Source of the DNA: Vitrella brassicaformis CCMP3155 | Taxonomy: Eukaryota; Protista; Chromerida | Length of the DNA: 25,655 nt | Assembly: GCA_001179505.1 (NCBI GenBank) | Contig: CDMY01000739.1 | Coordinates: 1-25,655, forward strand | Direction of reading: 5' to 3' | Part shown: piece after piece, positions 1 through 9,649 of the stretch | How the letters are laid out: the number at the start of each line of letters is the position of its first letter | Position numbering within the stretch: the first letter of the stretch is position 1 | Notes under the pieces: model-generated | The model's database searches: none | Told to the model about the DNA's origin: nothing | Seen by the model: the letters and a program-made list of their open reading frames with translations, nothing else | Translations under genes and position numbers: made by a program

Positions 1-357
1 GGCTCTCGAGAGTAGCACTCCTCACTCCGCTGGTGAGGAGGGCCGCAGGCGGCCTCCTGCTCTTCTGACGATGGTTCTTGACTCGCTGTCTCACTGCAAA
101 TGCTACTGTGGGCCCAAAGGGAAGCCATTCATGCTGCTCCGCTGCTTGTTTGCTTCGCTGCTTCTCTTGTGCTTGCTTGGCCCCACTTTAGCGGCCCCGA
201 ACTCGGTTGTTTGTGGGTGTCTGACGGTGAAATTTGGTTCACAGTGATCAGTGAGGCACGCTGGACCACATGCAGGTCATTGCGACGGCTCACAATGAAT
301 AATGTCACCGGCTTGAAAAATGCACATGGTCAATTGCAACACGACAAGGAAGGGTCT

Positions 358-555
358 GGGCAAAAAGTTGACTTTCTCCAGCCGAAGCTAGCTTTTTGAG
401 CTTGCAGCTGTCGATCTGTGGCGAAAGGTGACTTTCTGGAGCAAAAAGACCGCTTTCTCCACCAAAAAGATGGCTTTTCGACAAAAAGCTGCCTCGCCAT
501 TGCAAAAAGATAGATCATCCATCAAAAAGATAGCTTTTTGACCCAAAAGGGTGAC
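358..555 (+). repeat. Left arm: degenerate CAAAAAGACAGCTTTCT-type repeat array
   Basis: Repeated (C)AAAAAGA(C/T)(A/C/G)GCTTT units; 358-470 is the inverse of the distal part of 6544-6750. Confidence 0.85.
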
Positions 556-1629
556 TCTGCTAAGCTCCGTGAATTAGGTTACATACCCTCACTCGTAGAG
601 CCCTGTCTGTACGTACATCCATCGAATGGTACTGTCGTTGCTCGTTTTGTAGATGACATGCGTGTAGCTGGCACAGAGCAGGCAATGGATGCATTTGAGC
701 GTGATTTCGGATCTGTTTTCAAAATAGAGCGTCGACATGGCTGCTTTTTGGGCCTCGACATCACTTACTCTGATGGCATTTTGCGCATCGGTCTGTCGTC
801 TTACATCGACAAACTGGCTGCCCGTTTTGGCCTTGCCTCCACCAAGCCTGTCTCCACTCCTCTGCCTTTGCGTGTCGACCTGTCCATTGACATGGACCAG
901 CCAGCGTCAGACCAGGCAACACTTTTCCGTGCAATGGTTGGATGTCTGAATTTTTGTGCTGTGACTGTGCGTCCCGATCTGTCTCTCACTGTCAGTCGAC
1001 TGTCTCGTGCATTGCATCATCCACAAGCACGTCACATCCATGCTGCGTTTCATGCACTCACTTATCTGTTCCATGCGCGGCAGAAATGCCTTATGTACCG
1101 ACCGACTTCTCTCTCATCTATCTCTGTTGGCGATCGTGATGTCATGGTTTTGCCTGTCCATGCGTACAGTGATGCCTCGTGGTCGGAGACAGAAATACAG
1201 CAAAGGGCGACGTCAGGTAGAGTGCTGTTTTTGGCCGACTGTCTTGTCATGTGGGGTTCACGTGCACAGTCAACACCTGCCAGAAGTGCTTTTGAAGCCG
1301 AGTTCACTGCTGTAGCTGCATGTGGCGCGAGTGTCCGATACATACAGAATGTAATGCGTGACTTTCTGCCTGTCAATGCTGGCTGTGTGCCTGCCATGTG
1401 CACCGTTTATAGTGACAATGACATTGCATTGAAGGAGCTGCGTGGCGATTTGAGAGCCACACAACGCACAAAGCACATTGATCGCGACTTTTGGACGTCT
1501 CATTTTGAGTACCAGGCAGGCCTGTACTCAGGCAGTGTGAATCCGGCTGACCTACTGACTAAGAGTCTTGACAGTGCAAAACACAAGCGCTTCACTTCTA
1601 TGCTGTTGAGTGATGCCTCTGATGCATGA
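538..1629 (+). pseudogene. Ty1/Copia pol 3' fragment (reverse transcriptase + RNase H), 5'-truncated
   Basis: Motifs LGY..SLVEPCLY, FVDDM, FLGLDI, RAMVGCLNF...RPDL, AYSDASW...RATSG, SRAQST.ARS..EAEF, RTKHID, NPADLLTK. Homology starts at ~556 in mid-RT; the ATG at 538 comes from the flanking repeat. Confidence 0.95.
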
Positions 1630-1653
1630 TTGTCCACCTCCCAGCTTCGCCGT

Positions 1654-1667
1654 GAGGTGAGAAGGGG
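1654..1667 (+). other. Polypurine tract of the Copia element
   Basis: GAGGTGAGAAGGGG lies immediately 5' of TGTTG, the LTR start. Confidence 0.8.
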
Positions 1668-1889
1668 TGTTGGGTTTTGACAGCAGGGTTTGTGCTTGCT
1701 TAGCTTGCAGAGCTGTCTCTCTATTTCGTGCATATCCGGTGAGCGTTGGCAGCTCTCGTGCGTGTGTTGCTTGGCGGGCTGGCCATGCCCATGATGGACT
1801 CGTGCGTTGCGTGCCTTGCCTGAAGGCTTGTACGGCAGAGATTGATCCTTCTGACCACGGTGTGTGTTCGGCACACAGCAACTTCAACA
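1668..1889 (+). repeat. 3' LTR of Copia element (222 bp)
   Basis: TGTTG...CAACA inverted termini directly after the PPT; identical copy at 2659-2880. Confidence 0.85.
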
Positions 1890-1895
1890 ACTGCC

Positions 1896-2195
1896 NNNNN
1901 NNNNNNNNNNNNNNNNNNNNNNNNNNNNNNNNNNNNNNNNNNNNNNNNNNNNNNNNNNNNNNNNNNNNNNNNNNNNNNNNNNNNNNNNNNNNNNNNNNNN
2001 NNNNNNNNNNNNNNNNNNNNNNNNNNNNNNNNNNNNNNNNNNNNNNNNNNNNNNNNNNNNNNNNNNNNNNNNNNNNNNNNNNNNNNNNNNNNNNNNNNNN
2101 NNNNNNNNNNNNNNNNNNNNNNNNNNNNNNNNNNNNNNNNNNNNNNNNNNNNNNNNNNNNNNNNNNNNNNNNNNNNNNNNNNNNNNNNNNNNNNN
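1896..2195. other. Assembly gap (300 N)
   Basis: N run of exactly 300. Confidence 0.99.
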
Positions 2196-2886
2196 GGGCG
2201 ACGTCAGGTAGAGTGCTGTTTTTGGCCGACTGTCTTGTCATGTGGGGTTCACGTGCACAGTCAACACCTGCCAGAAGTGCTTTTGAAGCCGAGTTCACTG
2301 CTGTAGCTGCATGTGGCGCGAGTGTCCGATACATACAGAATGTAATGCGTGACTTTCTGCCTGTCAATGCTGGCTGTGTGCCTGCCATGTGCACCGTTTA
2401 TAGTGACAATGACATTGCATTGAAGGAGCTGCGTGGCGATTTGAGAGCCACACAACGCACAAAGCACATTGATCGCGACTTTTGGACGTCTCATTTTGAG
2501 TACCAGGCAGGCCTGTACTCAGGCAGTGTGAATCCGGCTGACCTACTGACTAAGAGTCTTGACAGTGCAAAACACAAGCGCTTCACTTCTATGCTGTTGA
2601 GTGATGCCTCTGATGCATGATTGTCCACCTCCCAGCTTCGCCGTGAGGTGAGAAGGGGTGTTGGGTTTTGACAGCAGGGTTTGTGCTTGCTTAGCTTGCA
2701 GAGCTGTCTCTCTATTTCGTGCATATCCGGTGAGCGTTGGCAGCTCTCGTGCGTGTGTTGCTTGGCGGGCTGGCCATGCCCATGATGGACTCGTGCGTTG
2801 CGTGCCTTGCCTGAAGGCTTGTACGGCAGAGATTGATCCTTCTGACCACGGTGTGTGTTCGGCACACAGCAACTTCAACAACTGCC
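2196..2886 (+). repeat. Exact duplicate of 1205-1895 (Copia RNase H end, PPT, LTR 2659-2880); probable scaffolding overlap
   Basis: Offset 991 bp. The sequence reads identical on both sides of the N gap, including the post-LTR bases ACTGCC. Confidence 0.9.
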
Positions 2887-3050
2887 TCCACCAAAAAGAC
2901 AGCTTTCTCCACCAGAAAGACAGCTTTCTGGCCAAGCAGCCAACTTGCTGCTGCCGAAAGATGGCTTCTTGACCCAAACCGACAGCTTTCGAACCCAAAA
3001 AGACAGCTTTCTGAGGCACAATGACAGCCTTTTGACCAGCCTGACAGCTG
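2886..3050 (+). repeat. Continuation of the AAAGACAGCTTTCT repeat arm
   Basis: 2886-2984 is the reverse complement of the proximal part of 6544-6750; more GACAGC(T/C)TTT units run to ~3050. Confidence 0.85.
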
Positions 3051-3559
3051 CCCGGCCACAATCACACCTTTGCAATGAGAATGACGACTTTTGACCATCA
3101 CTACAAGCGCCACATGGCCAGAAAACTGACCCAGGGGGGTCGGAAACTGTGTTCTGTGCGGAAAACTGGGGCCCCACGCGGAAAACTGAGCACACCCCAT
3201 CTCTCCTTCCCCACCCTCCCTCTCACCCAGCTGAACGTGATGCACGATGGCGTGATCATCCACAAACACCGCAACAAACAAGACGAAAAGCAACTTGACG
3301 CTCCTGCATAATACAGGTTGAGTCAAGGACACACACGTGAGCACACTCCCACGCGAGCCAGGTTTGCGTGTATCCGTACGTACTCTTCCATCGACATGCC
3401 CTTGCTATGCTCCCCGTCGAACACCACAAAGAAACCTTCCTCGGGCTTCATACTTGCATCTGCACATGGGTTCACACGCATCAACACAGCTGTGTGCGTT
3501 CGGCCAGATTCGATTCCTCACCTTCTCCCAGACAGAGCCGACCCCCGTGGTGCGTGTGC

Positions 3560-4460
3560 ACTTTCTTTGATGCATGAGGGGAGGGGCTGCTGCCGGATTT
3601 GGCGGACGGCTCCTTCAGGGGATAGAACACCTCGTGCGTCAGTTGTGCCTCGGGTCCCTCCGTGATGATGCAGGGGTACTGGAGCTTGAGCGACTCCTCG
3701 TAGTCCCCTTCCGGTTCCAAGTGAAGGTTGAGCTGGTGGATCCCCTCACGGCGATCTTTGGCAGTCGGCCCACCCTGGCCGGCGGGACGGGGTGTGAACT
3801 CGGCATCGGCCATGAGCCTCGCGAGCTGATCCAAGTCCTGAAGGGATGCGCATACACACATGAGTGTCCGATGCCGCGATGCAGACACCCTCTCCCTGAC
3901 CCTCACCTCAGTCGCGTCATAGTCCTTCAGGCTTGTGGGCGTCTCTAAGAGGGCGTGCTTGACAACCGAACCTAATGAGGGGAAGAGAACAGGGAACATG
4001 ACACCCTTCCTCTAAGCACCCATATCCGGTGACTGACCGATGTGCTCTGGGTGTCCGATCAGAGGCTGCCAGCTCCCCCTCATTTGCAGCGAAGCCGACC
4101 CTGGCTTCTTCTGCATGCTCTCCACAAAATCGACTGCATCAAGAAGCACACAGCCGCGTCAGCTTGAGCTGTGCCTCAGCTGAGTCTAAATGCCACATAC
4201 GTACCTTTGCTTTTGTCTGGGTCATTCAGCATGTCCTGCAGCGACTGGATGCCCTTCTGCAGACGGGCAGCACGGTCGGCGAGCTGCTGTGGGCTGTCGA
4301 TCTGCTGCTGTGGCGTGGCTGACGCACGGGTGGCTGCCCTGCCGCGGGAATCTGTTGCAGAAGCCCAGCAACCGCTGAATCGTGGATCTGGTTGGCGGGG
4401 GTCCGGCCGAGAGCCCTTTGGAGGAGACGAACGAGCTGACCGGCTTCGCTGAGGAGGCAC
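3560..4460 (-). CDS. Spliced hypothetical gene inside the CACTA element (accessory ORF or captured gene); ends uncertain
   Basis: Exons ~4460-4205, 4133-4038, 3971-3907 and 3837-~3563 join in frame through canonical GT..AG introns (…DMLNDPDKSK/VDFVESMQKK…HPEHI/GSVVKHALLE…DATE/DLDQLARLMAD…). No family recognised. Confidence 0.55.
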
Positions 4461-4844
4461 ACACTGCTCCTGCGTCGACAAGTTGGCTCGCGTGCCTGCT
4501 GCCAAACGGCCTGTGTTCACCAAGGAGACGGGCATCAAGGGAGCAACACCGTGGCGTGAGATGCCATTCACCTTGCCAGTCGCTGACTCGGAGCACTGCG
4601 GCGTGTGCACTGACCGCCGACTGAGGCGAATGGTCACGTGCAGCAAATGGTGAGGTGAAGCAATGAGTGAGTGAGTGAGTGAAGGAATGAATGAATGCCA
4701 CTCTGTCTCTGTTGCCGTAGTTTTCATTCGTTCCATCGAGCGTGCGTCGGGATCGCTGCTAATGCCCCTTCATCGTCTACTCGCACCTTTGTCTGTCCGC
4801 CCTGCCGTGACTCGCGCCACACCGGGATCCTCAGTTGTGCCCTC

Positions 4845-5834
4845 GGCGATGTCATGCACAACGTCCTTGAGGGGATGCTGGAGTACGAGATGGAGAACAT
4901 CCTGAATGTCTGGATCGATCACGGGTGGCTGTCTCTTGCTGACCTAGGGGACGTGCATGGCCGCGTCCAGCACTGTGAGAAGTCGTCGAGGAATCGGGCG
5001 AGCAGGATCACGCCTGACAGCTGTGGGGCGACTGCAGCTGCACGCATGTACCTCGCCCCGCAGCTGCGCATCCTCCTGTTTGAGTCGCTGCCTCAGGAGG
5101 GGAGTGATGAGCGAGAGTGGGCACTGAAGCATTTTGAATGCTTCAAGACGCACTGTGAGATCATCAACATACTGCTGCAGAAGCAGATCTCTCTGCGTGA
5201 TCTCTGTTCCCTGGCTGAGAAGGTCGATGATTGGATGGGTACGTATCTGGGGCTGTACACTCGTGGTGTCCCAAAGCTGCATGCCTATGCCCATCTTCCA
5301 CTCGATGTATGGCGATTTGGGCCTGTGAGGGAGGAATGGTGTTTTGCGAGCGAGGCATGGCACGGTGTGGTGAAAGAATGGGTGAGAACTAGCAACTATC
5401 GCAATCTGGGTTTGTCTAACCTGCGATCGTATCTTCATCGCATATCGTTTCTACTGTCTGACACAGCTAGGCAGTTGCATGACGCCCCTCCTGCTGTGCC
5501 TCTGTTGGCAAATGAGGGGAAGAGGGGGCATGATGTGAAGGTCAATCGGTTACTTCGTCTTGGTGACTATCGTTTTGCTCTTGTGGTCAAGGAGGTAGAC
5601 AGACAGGAGGGAAGGATTGTGAGGGTGAGGGGAGACAAAGTGCCGCTTGTATGGCATGGCGGATGTGGCTGTGCATACGGTTCTATGTCCCTGACAGTCG
5701 GCCGTGAGGAGCACTCATATGAGACAGTCGCCTCTCTGCCTGCCGCAGCATATATGTACGTACCGAAGGGCCAGAGGGATACATTCTTTGTGGCTGACTT
5801 TTGCAACTCTCTCACTGACTTCAGAAAGCATTGA
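4845..5834 (+). pseudogene. CACTA/Mirage-type (CMC) transposase, C-terminal part only
   Basis: DVMHNVLEG (D.MH...EG) and PKLHAYAHLPLDVWRFGPVREEWCFASEAWH..VK (PK.H...H.....GP....W.F..E..H..K) are CMC transposase motifs. The N-terminal catalytic region is absent. Lies within ORF 4695-5834. Confidence 0.85.
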
Positions 5835-5871
5835 CTGGTGCGTGCTGCGTCCGATCTCGTGTTTATCTATT

Positions 5872-6278
5872 GGAAAACTGGCACATTCAACGGAAAACTG
5901 GCAAATTCATTGGAAAACTGGCACATTGAGTGGAAAACTGGGGTCAAACACAGGAAAACTGGCACATTCAGTGGAAAACTGGGGTACATTCAGTGGAAAA
6001 CTGGGGTCAGGCGATGGAAAACTGGGTGGAGACAGTGGAAAACTGGGGTCAGGCACTGGAAAACTGCGTACAGGCATCGGAAAACCAGTTTTCCGGGTCA
6101 GATCACCAGTTTTCCACGTCGGCGGTCAGTTTTCCAGTGCAAAAGGCCAGTTTTCCACGCAGGCGGTCAGTTTTCCACTGCAGAGCACCAGTTTTCCGGG
6201 CCCCTGGCTCAGTTTTCCGCGTGGGGCCCCAGTTTTCCGCACAGAACACAGTTTCCGACCCCCCTGGGTCAGTTTTCT
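5872..6278. repeat. Subterminal GGAAAACTG array of the CACTA element, bidirectional
   Basis: 10 exact forward copies (5872-6066), a pivot at ~6079-6094, then 8 exact and 2 variant reverse copies; spacing 19-22 bp. Confidence 0.95.
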
Positions 6279-6543
6279 GGCAATGTACCGCTTGTAGTGC
6301 AGCCTGGGTGACTCACGTCGAGAGAGAACCGACAGAATGAGCTGCAAACCGGATCATTGCGCGTATGAGATGCGTGGTTGGGCGCATGTCGCATGCCTCG
6401 ATTGCCGTCGAGCTTCCTGTGTCCTCTGTGTGCACACTGCCGGCCGCCCCGTACATGTTCTTTCCTGAGGGGCAGGGAGACCTTTTCTGCCTGCTGGATG
6501 GGTCGAATTCGGTTGATGACTTCAAGAAGCGGTTGTAGTCTTG

Positions 6544-6750
6544 TGTCGGTTTGGGTCAAGAAGCCATCTTTCGGCAGCAGCAAGTTGGCTGCTTGGCCAG
6601 AAAGCTGTCTTTCTGGTGGAGAAAGCTGTCTTTTTGATGGAGAAAGCGGTCTTTTTGCTCCAGAAAGTCACCTTTCGCCACAGATCGACAGCAGCGAGAG
6701 AGTCAACTTTAAAAAGCTAGCTTCGGCTGGAGAAAGTCCACTTTTTGCCC
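6544..6750 (-). repeat. Right arm, inverted copy of 358-470 plus 2886-2984
   Basis: Direct reverse-complement match read by eye. Confidence 0.85.
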
Positions 6751-6772
6751 GGAACGAGAAAGTTGCATTAAC

Positions 6773-6824
6773 CGTAACACTCGTCTGTGTGTCCGTGATG
6801 CTCATACAAATACAGTCCCATGAG
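6773..6824 (+). repeat. 52-bp dispersed repeat, copy 1
   Basis: CGTAACACTCGTCTGTGTGTCCGTGAT(G/A)CTCATACAAATAC(A/G)GTCCCATGAG; second copy at 17621-17672 with 2 mismatches. Confidence 0.9.
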
Positions 6825-6887
6825 CACGCAGAGTCAAACGCTCACGGGGAGGAGGGATCGATCCCCGCCCCATCAGCACACCCCAGT

Positions 6888-7187
6888 NNNNNNNNNNNNN
6901 NNNNNNNNNNNNNNNNNNNNNNNNNNNNNNNNNNNNNNNNNNNNNNNNNNNNNNNNNNNNNNNNNNNNNNNNNNNNNNNNNNNNNNNNNNNNNNNNNNNN
7001 NNNNNNNNNNNNNNNNNNNNNNNNNNNNNNNNNNNNNNNNNNNNNNNNNNNNNNNNNNNNNNNNNNNNNNNNNNNNNNNNNNNNNNNNNNNNNNNNNNNN
7101 NNNNNNNNNNNNNNNNNNNNNNNNNNNNNNNNNNNNNNNNNNNNNNNNNNNNNNNNNNNNNNNNNNNNNNNNNNNNNNNNNNNNNNN
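6888..7187. other. Assembly gap (300 N)
   Basis: N run of exactly 300; the 25-bp CCCCGCCCCATCAGCACACCCCAGT occurs on both sides. Confidence 0.99.
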
Positions 7188-7195
7188 CCTAGTTT

Positions 7196-7490
7196 CCCCG
7201 CCCCATCAGCACACCCCAGTCCCGCAAACCCTCCCCTCCCTCCCCCACGCAGACAGTAGCTAGTCGCACGCGCGATGGCGATAGACAAGCGAGAGCGAAT
7301 CCATCCAGACACATGACTAAATCCCCGACCCTTCCACCCCTCCTTCTCCAACAGCGCATGAGCCATGTGGGCGATGAACACGTTGGCATCGTGTCCCCAC
7401 ACACCGTCACACGTCACCACCAGAGGGCAGAAGGTCACGCGGGAGTCGCAGACGGCCGAGTGGTATTTCTTCTTCTTGGCCGGACCCTTC
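7196..7490 (-). mobile_element. CRE-type non-LTR retrotransposon 3' fragment (restriction-like endonuclease end)
   Basis: KKKKY…FCPLVVTCDGVWG.DA..FI.HMAHALLEK…FSHVSGWIRSRLSIAIARATSYCLRG…DGAG matches the C-terminal K..KY…F.P….G…RLS.A..R pattern of RLE-clade LINEs. Confidence 0.8.
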
Positions 7491-7542
7491 GTCGTGAAAT
7501 GGGACATTTCCCATACATGTATCGATTTTCTCATTTACGCAG

Positions 7543-9480
7543 GGTCCCATTTATCCGAAACCCACAGTACATGGACCAAGAACTTTCAAGGATAACAGCC
7601 GACGAAGAGATGGAATACATCGTGGCTGCAGCCAAAATGGGCTTCGAATATACGACCATTGACAACGGTTATCGACCGCCGGTTGAAACCGCGAGAAAGT
7701 CAACGAACAATGGTATCTCTGGGCGCGAACTTCTTAAAAGATGCATCAACTGACTGTTAACGCACGAAACGCGCCAGTTTGTGGTGGATGGGATGTTTCT
7801 CCTTTGTCCGGTCATGCAGCTGGTTGAGCTTGGTCTTTCTTGGGTGCCTTTTCGCAGGTCCCTCAGTGCCGCATCGACTGTCTGCTGCTTCTGGCGGTTA
7901 ACGAAAGATATCTCGCCGACTATCGTGCAGTGGACTTGGTAGTGGATATGCTTGCAAGACTCCTCTCTGCAAATGCGGTCACCATCGACTGTCTGCTGCT
8001 TCCCCGCTTGGCGCCGCAGCCTCTTCTCGCCACTCTCGGAGTCATCGAAGACGTGTAGGAGCGAATCGACTGTCGAGCCTGTACGGTGAGTGCCGCCAGA
8101 CACAGCCAATGTCTGCATTGCAGTTCAGCAGAACAAGCCTTCACGGCTTTCATGACGGTCTTGCCGGTGCCGTCCCCGCGGGTCAGGCACATGCGCAATG
8201 GCGCGATGTATTTGTTGTCCCTCAGGTCTTTGTAGTGGTTCAGCAACTGGCTGCAGATGATTTGGAACGCCCGCATCTGCTCTTCGTTCAATCGGTAACG
8301 GCTCGCCCACTCGGAGAAGGTCTTGTCGTCGACCGTCTCAGGCGGCTTGAATGCGGACACCGGCTGCACCAGCAGTCGAGTGAGGCTGGCAGCATCCATC
8401 GAGTGACCACCGTGTGTGAAGAGATTCGACTCGAAGAGAAGCTACTCAGGAGGCTTGCTTCATCTGACGTGCCGCGACTGTGGCCGATTTCACTTAGCTT
8501 GTTGCTTTGCTCGTGCAGGTCATCATTGTTGTTGCGTTGCTCGTGCAGGTCATCGTTGGGCTGATCCTGGCGGCTCACATTTGATTGACAAGCCGATTGA
8601 CAGTCATCGACGGCAGTCTTCGATAGCCCCTTCAACAGGCATATCCAATTTGTATCCAGCGATGCATTGATATACTTCGCGAAGCACGTCTTGAACACGG
8701 GCGCAGCAGGAGCGGCAACATGAGGGGTGCAGCCACTCTGAGTACCTGCATGTTATCGCCACGTCTGTCTTCGAGATCTGCATGTCTTTCAAGCTCCCGC
8801 CATTGTTGTCTGCATCTTTTTTTGAGACTCTCGCCATTGTTGCATGCGTCGGTGTGCTTCTCGCAAACCCTCGTGCTGTGCACGTCTCTGTGACGAATAA
8901 TTGAACCACCAATTCGCACGCTTTTCGACCCCCGCCCAATTCGCGGCCCGGGGTGCCCACGCAGTGGGTGCCCCTTACTCGGAATTCTCAATATAGCGAA
9001 TTCCGGTTGAAATGCAGTAACGTTTAACTGTTCCGACATCACGAACACGTCCATCCTTTGCCTGTGTCCAGGCTGGAAAAAATGGCAGCCTAAATCAACT
9101 ATCAATGAGGTCGCAGCCTTCGCACGACAGAATGGGATGGACGTGTTGGTCTGGAGCAACAGGGAAGGCTATTGATGACGAAAGCAATAATTACGAGAGT
9201 CTTAAACACTTTCTTGACTACGTGAAGGAGAGCGGGGCAGCCGGAGTGAAGATTGATTTCTTTGTTAGGTACAAGAAGGCCAGTTGAAAGATGGATATCC
9301 TGACTTTGGTGCAGCGAGGAGCGGGACACTGTTGAATGTGAGGAGGTGGTGATGCGAGAGGCTGCGAAACGAGAGCTCGTTCTCAGCCTACACGGCATTC
9401 AAAAACCGACCTGTGCATTCATGATCTCTGTCAAACCTTTATTTTGTGCCCATCGACGAACAGCGAGTCGCGCACATACC
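7543..9480 (+). pseudogene. Glycoside hydrolase family 97 (alpha-glucosidase/galactosidase-like) catalytic-domain fragment, spliced, frameshifted
   Basis: Exons 7543-7667, 9072-9268 and 9315-~9412 give ITADEEMEYIVAAAKMGFEYTTIDNG/WKKW…EVAAFARQNGMDVLVWSNR[+1 fs]KAI…FLDYVKESGAAGVKIDFFVS/EERDTV…REAAKRELVLSLHGIQKPT, then ESRTY at 9465. These are GH97 motifs. Confidence 0.8.
7750..8400 (-). mobile_element. Helitron-like PIF1 helicase remnant (degenerate), inside the GH97 intron
   Basis: LNEEQMRAFQIICSQL…PLRMCLTRGDGTGKT (Walker A), TGSTVDSLL, IVGEISFV (Walker B-like), DAALRDL; spread over shifted frames. Confidence 0.75.
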
Positions 9481-9649
9481 TGGCTCGCAACCTATTCATC
9501 AGTTTTGCCGCCTTTCCCATGTACGCCGGCTCCTATGGCCGAGTGGTACGCCACGGAGTCATAGTGAGCCGATCATCGTGGGTTCAATCCCTCCAGTAGA
9601 CCCATGGTGCAGGTTTCTGGCGGAGGGTCTAGACTAGCTACCCTAAGGA

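Larger units (their letters stand above)
3099..6299. mobile_element. CACTA/EnSpm (CMC superfamily) DNA transposon, internally deleted, 3201 bp
   Basis: Starts CACTACAAG (3099) and ends CTTGTAGTG (6299). 93-bp TIRs (3099-3191 / 6207-6299) with 3 mismatches; 3-bp flanks CAT/CAG; subterminal GGAAAACTG arrays; internal CMC-type transposase fragment. Confidence 0.9.
358..6750. mobile_element. Putative outer TIR element (~200-bp internally repetitive inverted arms, GGGCAAAAAG termini) enclosing the Copia remnant and the CACTA element
   Basis: 358-470 plus 2886-2984 together match the reverse complement of 6544-6750 (GGGCAAAAAGT[T/G]GACTTTCTCCAGCCGAAGCTAGCTTTTT...GACCCAAACCGACA). No TSD found and no transposase of its own. 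Confidence 0.5.

Noticed and set aside
1552-2620. Long ORFs crossing N runs (also 6378-7534)
   Set aside because: Their length comes from X-translated gap sequence.
1668-2880. Two identical LTRs suggesting a complete mini LTR element (TRIM)
   Set aside because: The duplication includes upstream pol sequence and downstream flank and straddles a 300-N gap. There is no PBS or TSD, so it is best explained as an assembly overlap.
5872-6278. CRISPR-like appearance of regularly spaced repeats
   Set aside because: The repeat is 9 bp with ~11-bp similar spacers, flips orientation, sits inside CACTA termini, and has no cas genes nearby; the DNA is eukaryotic.
349-6760. Search for a TSD around the outer GGGCAAAAAG arms
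   Set aside because: Flanks GAAGGGTCT and GGAACGAGA share no direct repeat of 2-10 bp, so no superfamily was assigned.
8949-8973. Imperfect GC hairpin within the Helitron-containing intron
   Set aside because: It needs G-T pairs, lies at the wrong end for a minus-strand Helitron 3' terminus, and lacks a following CTRR.
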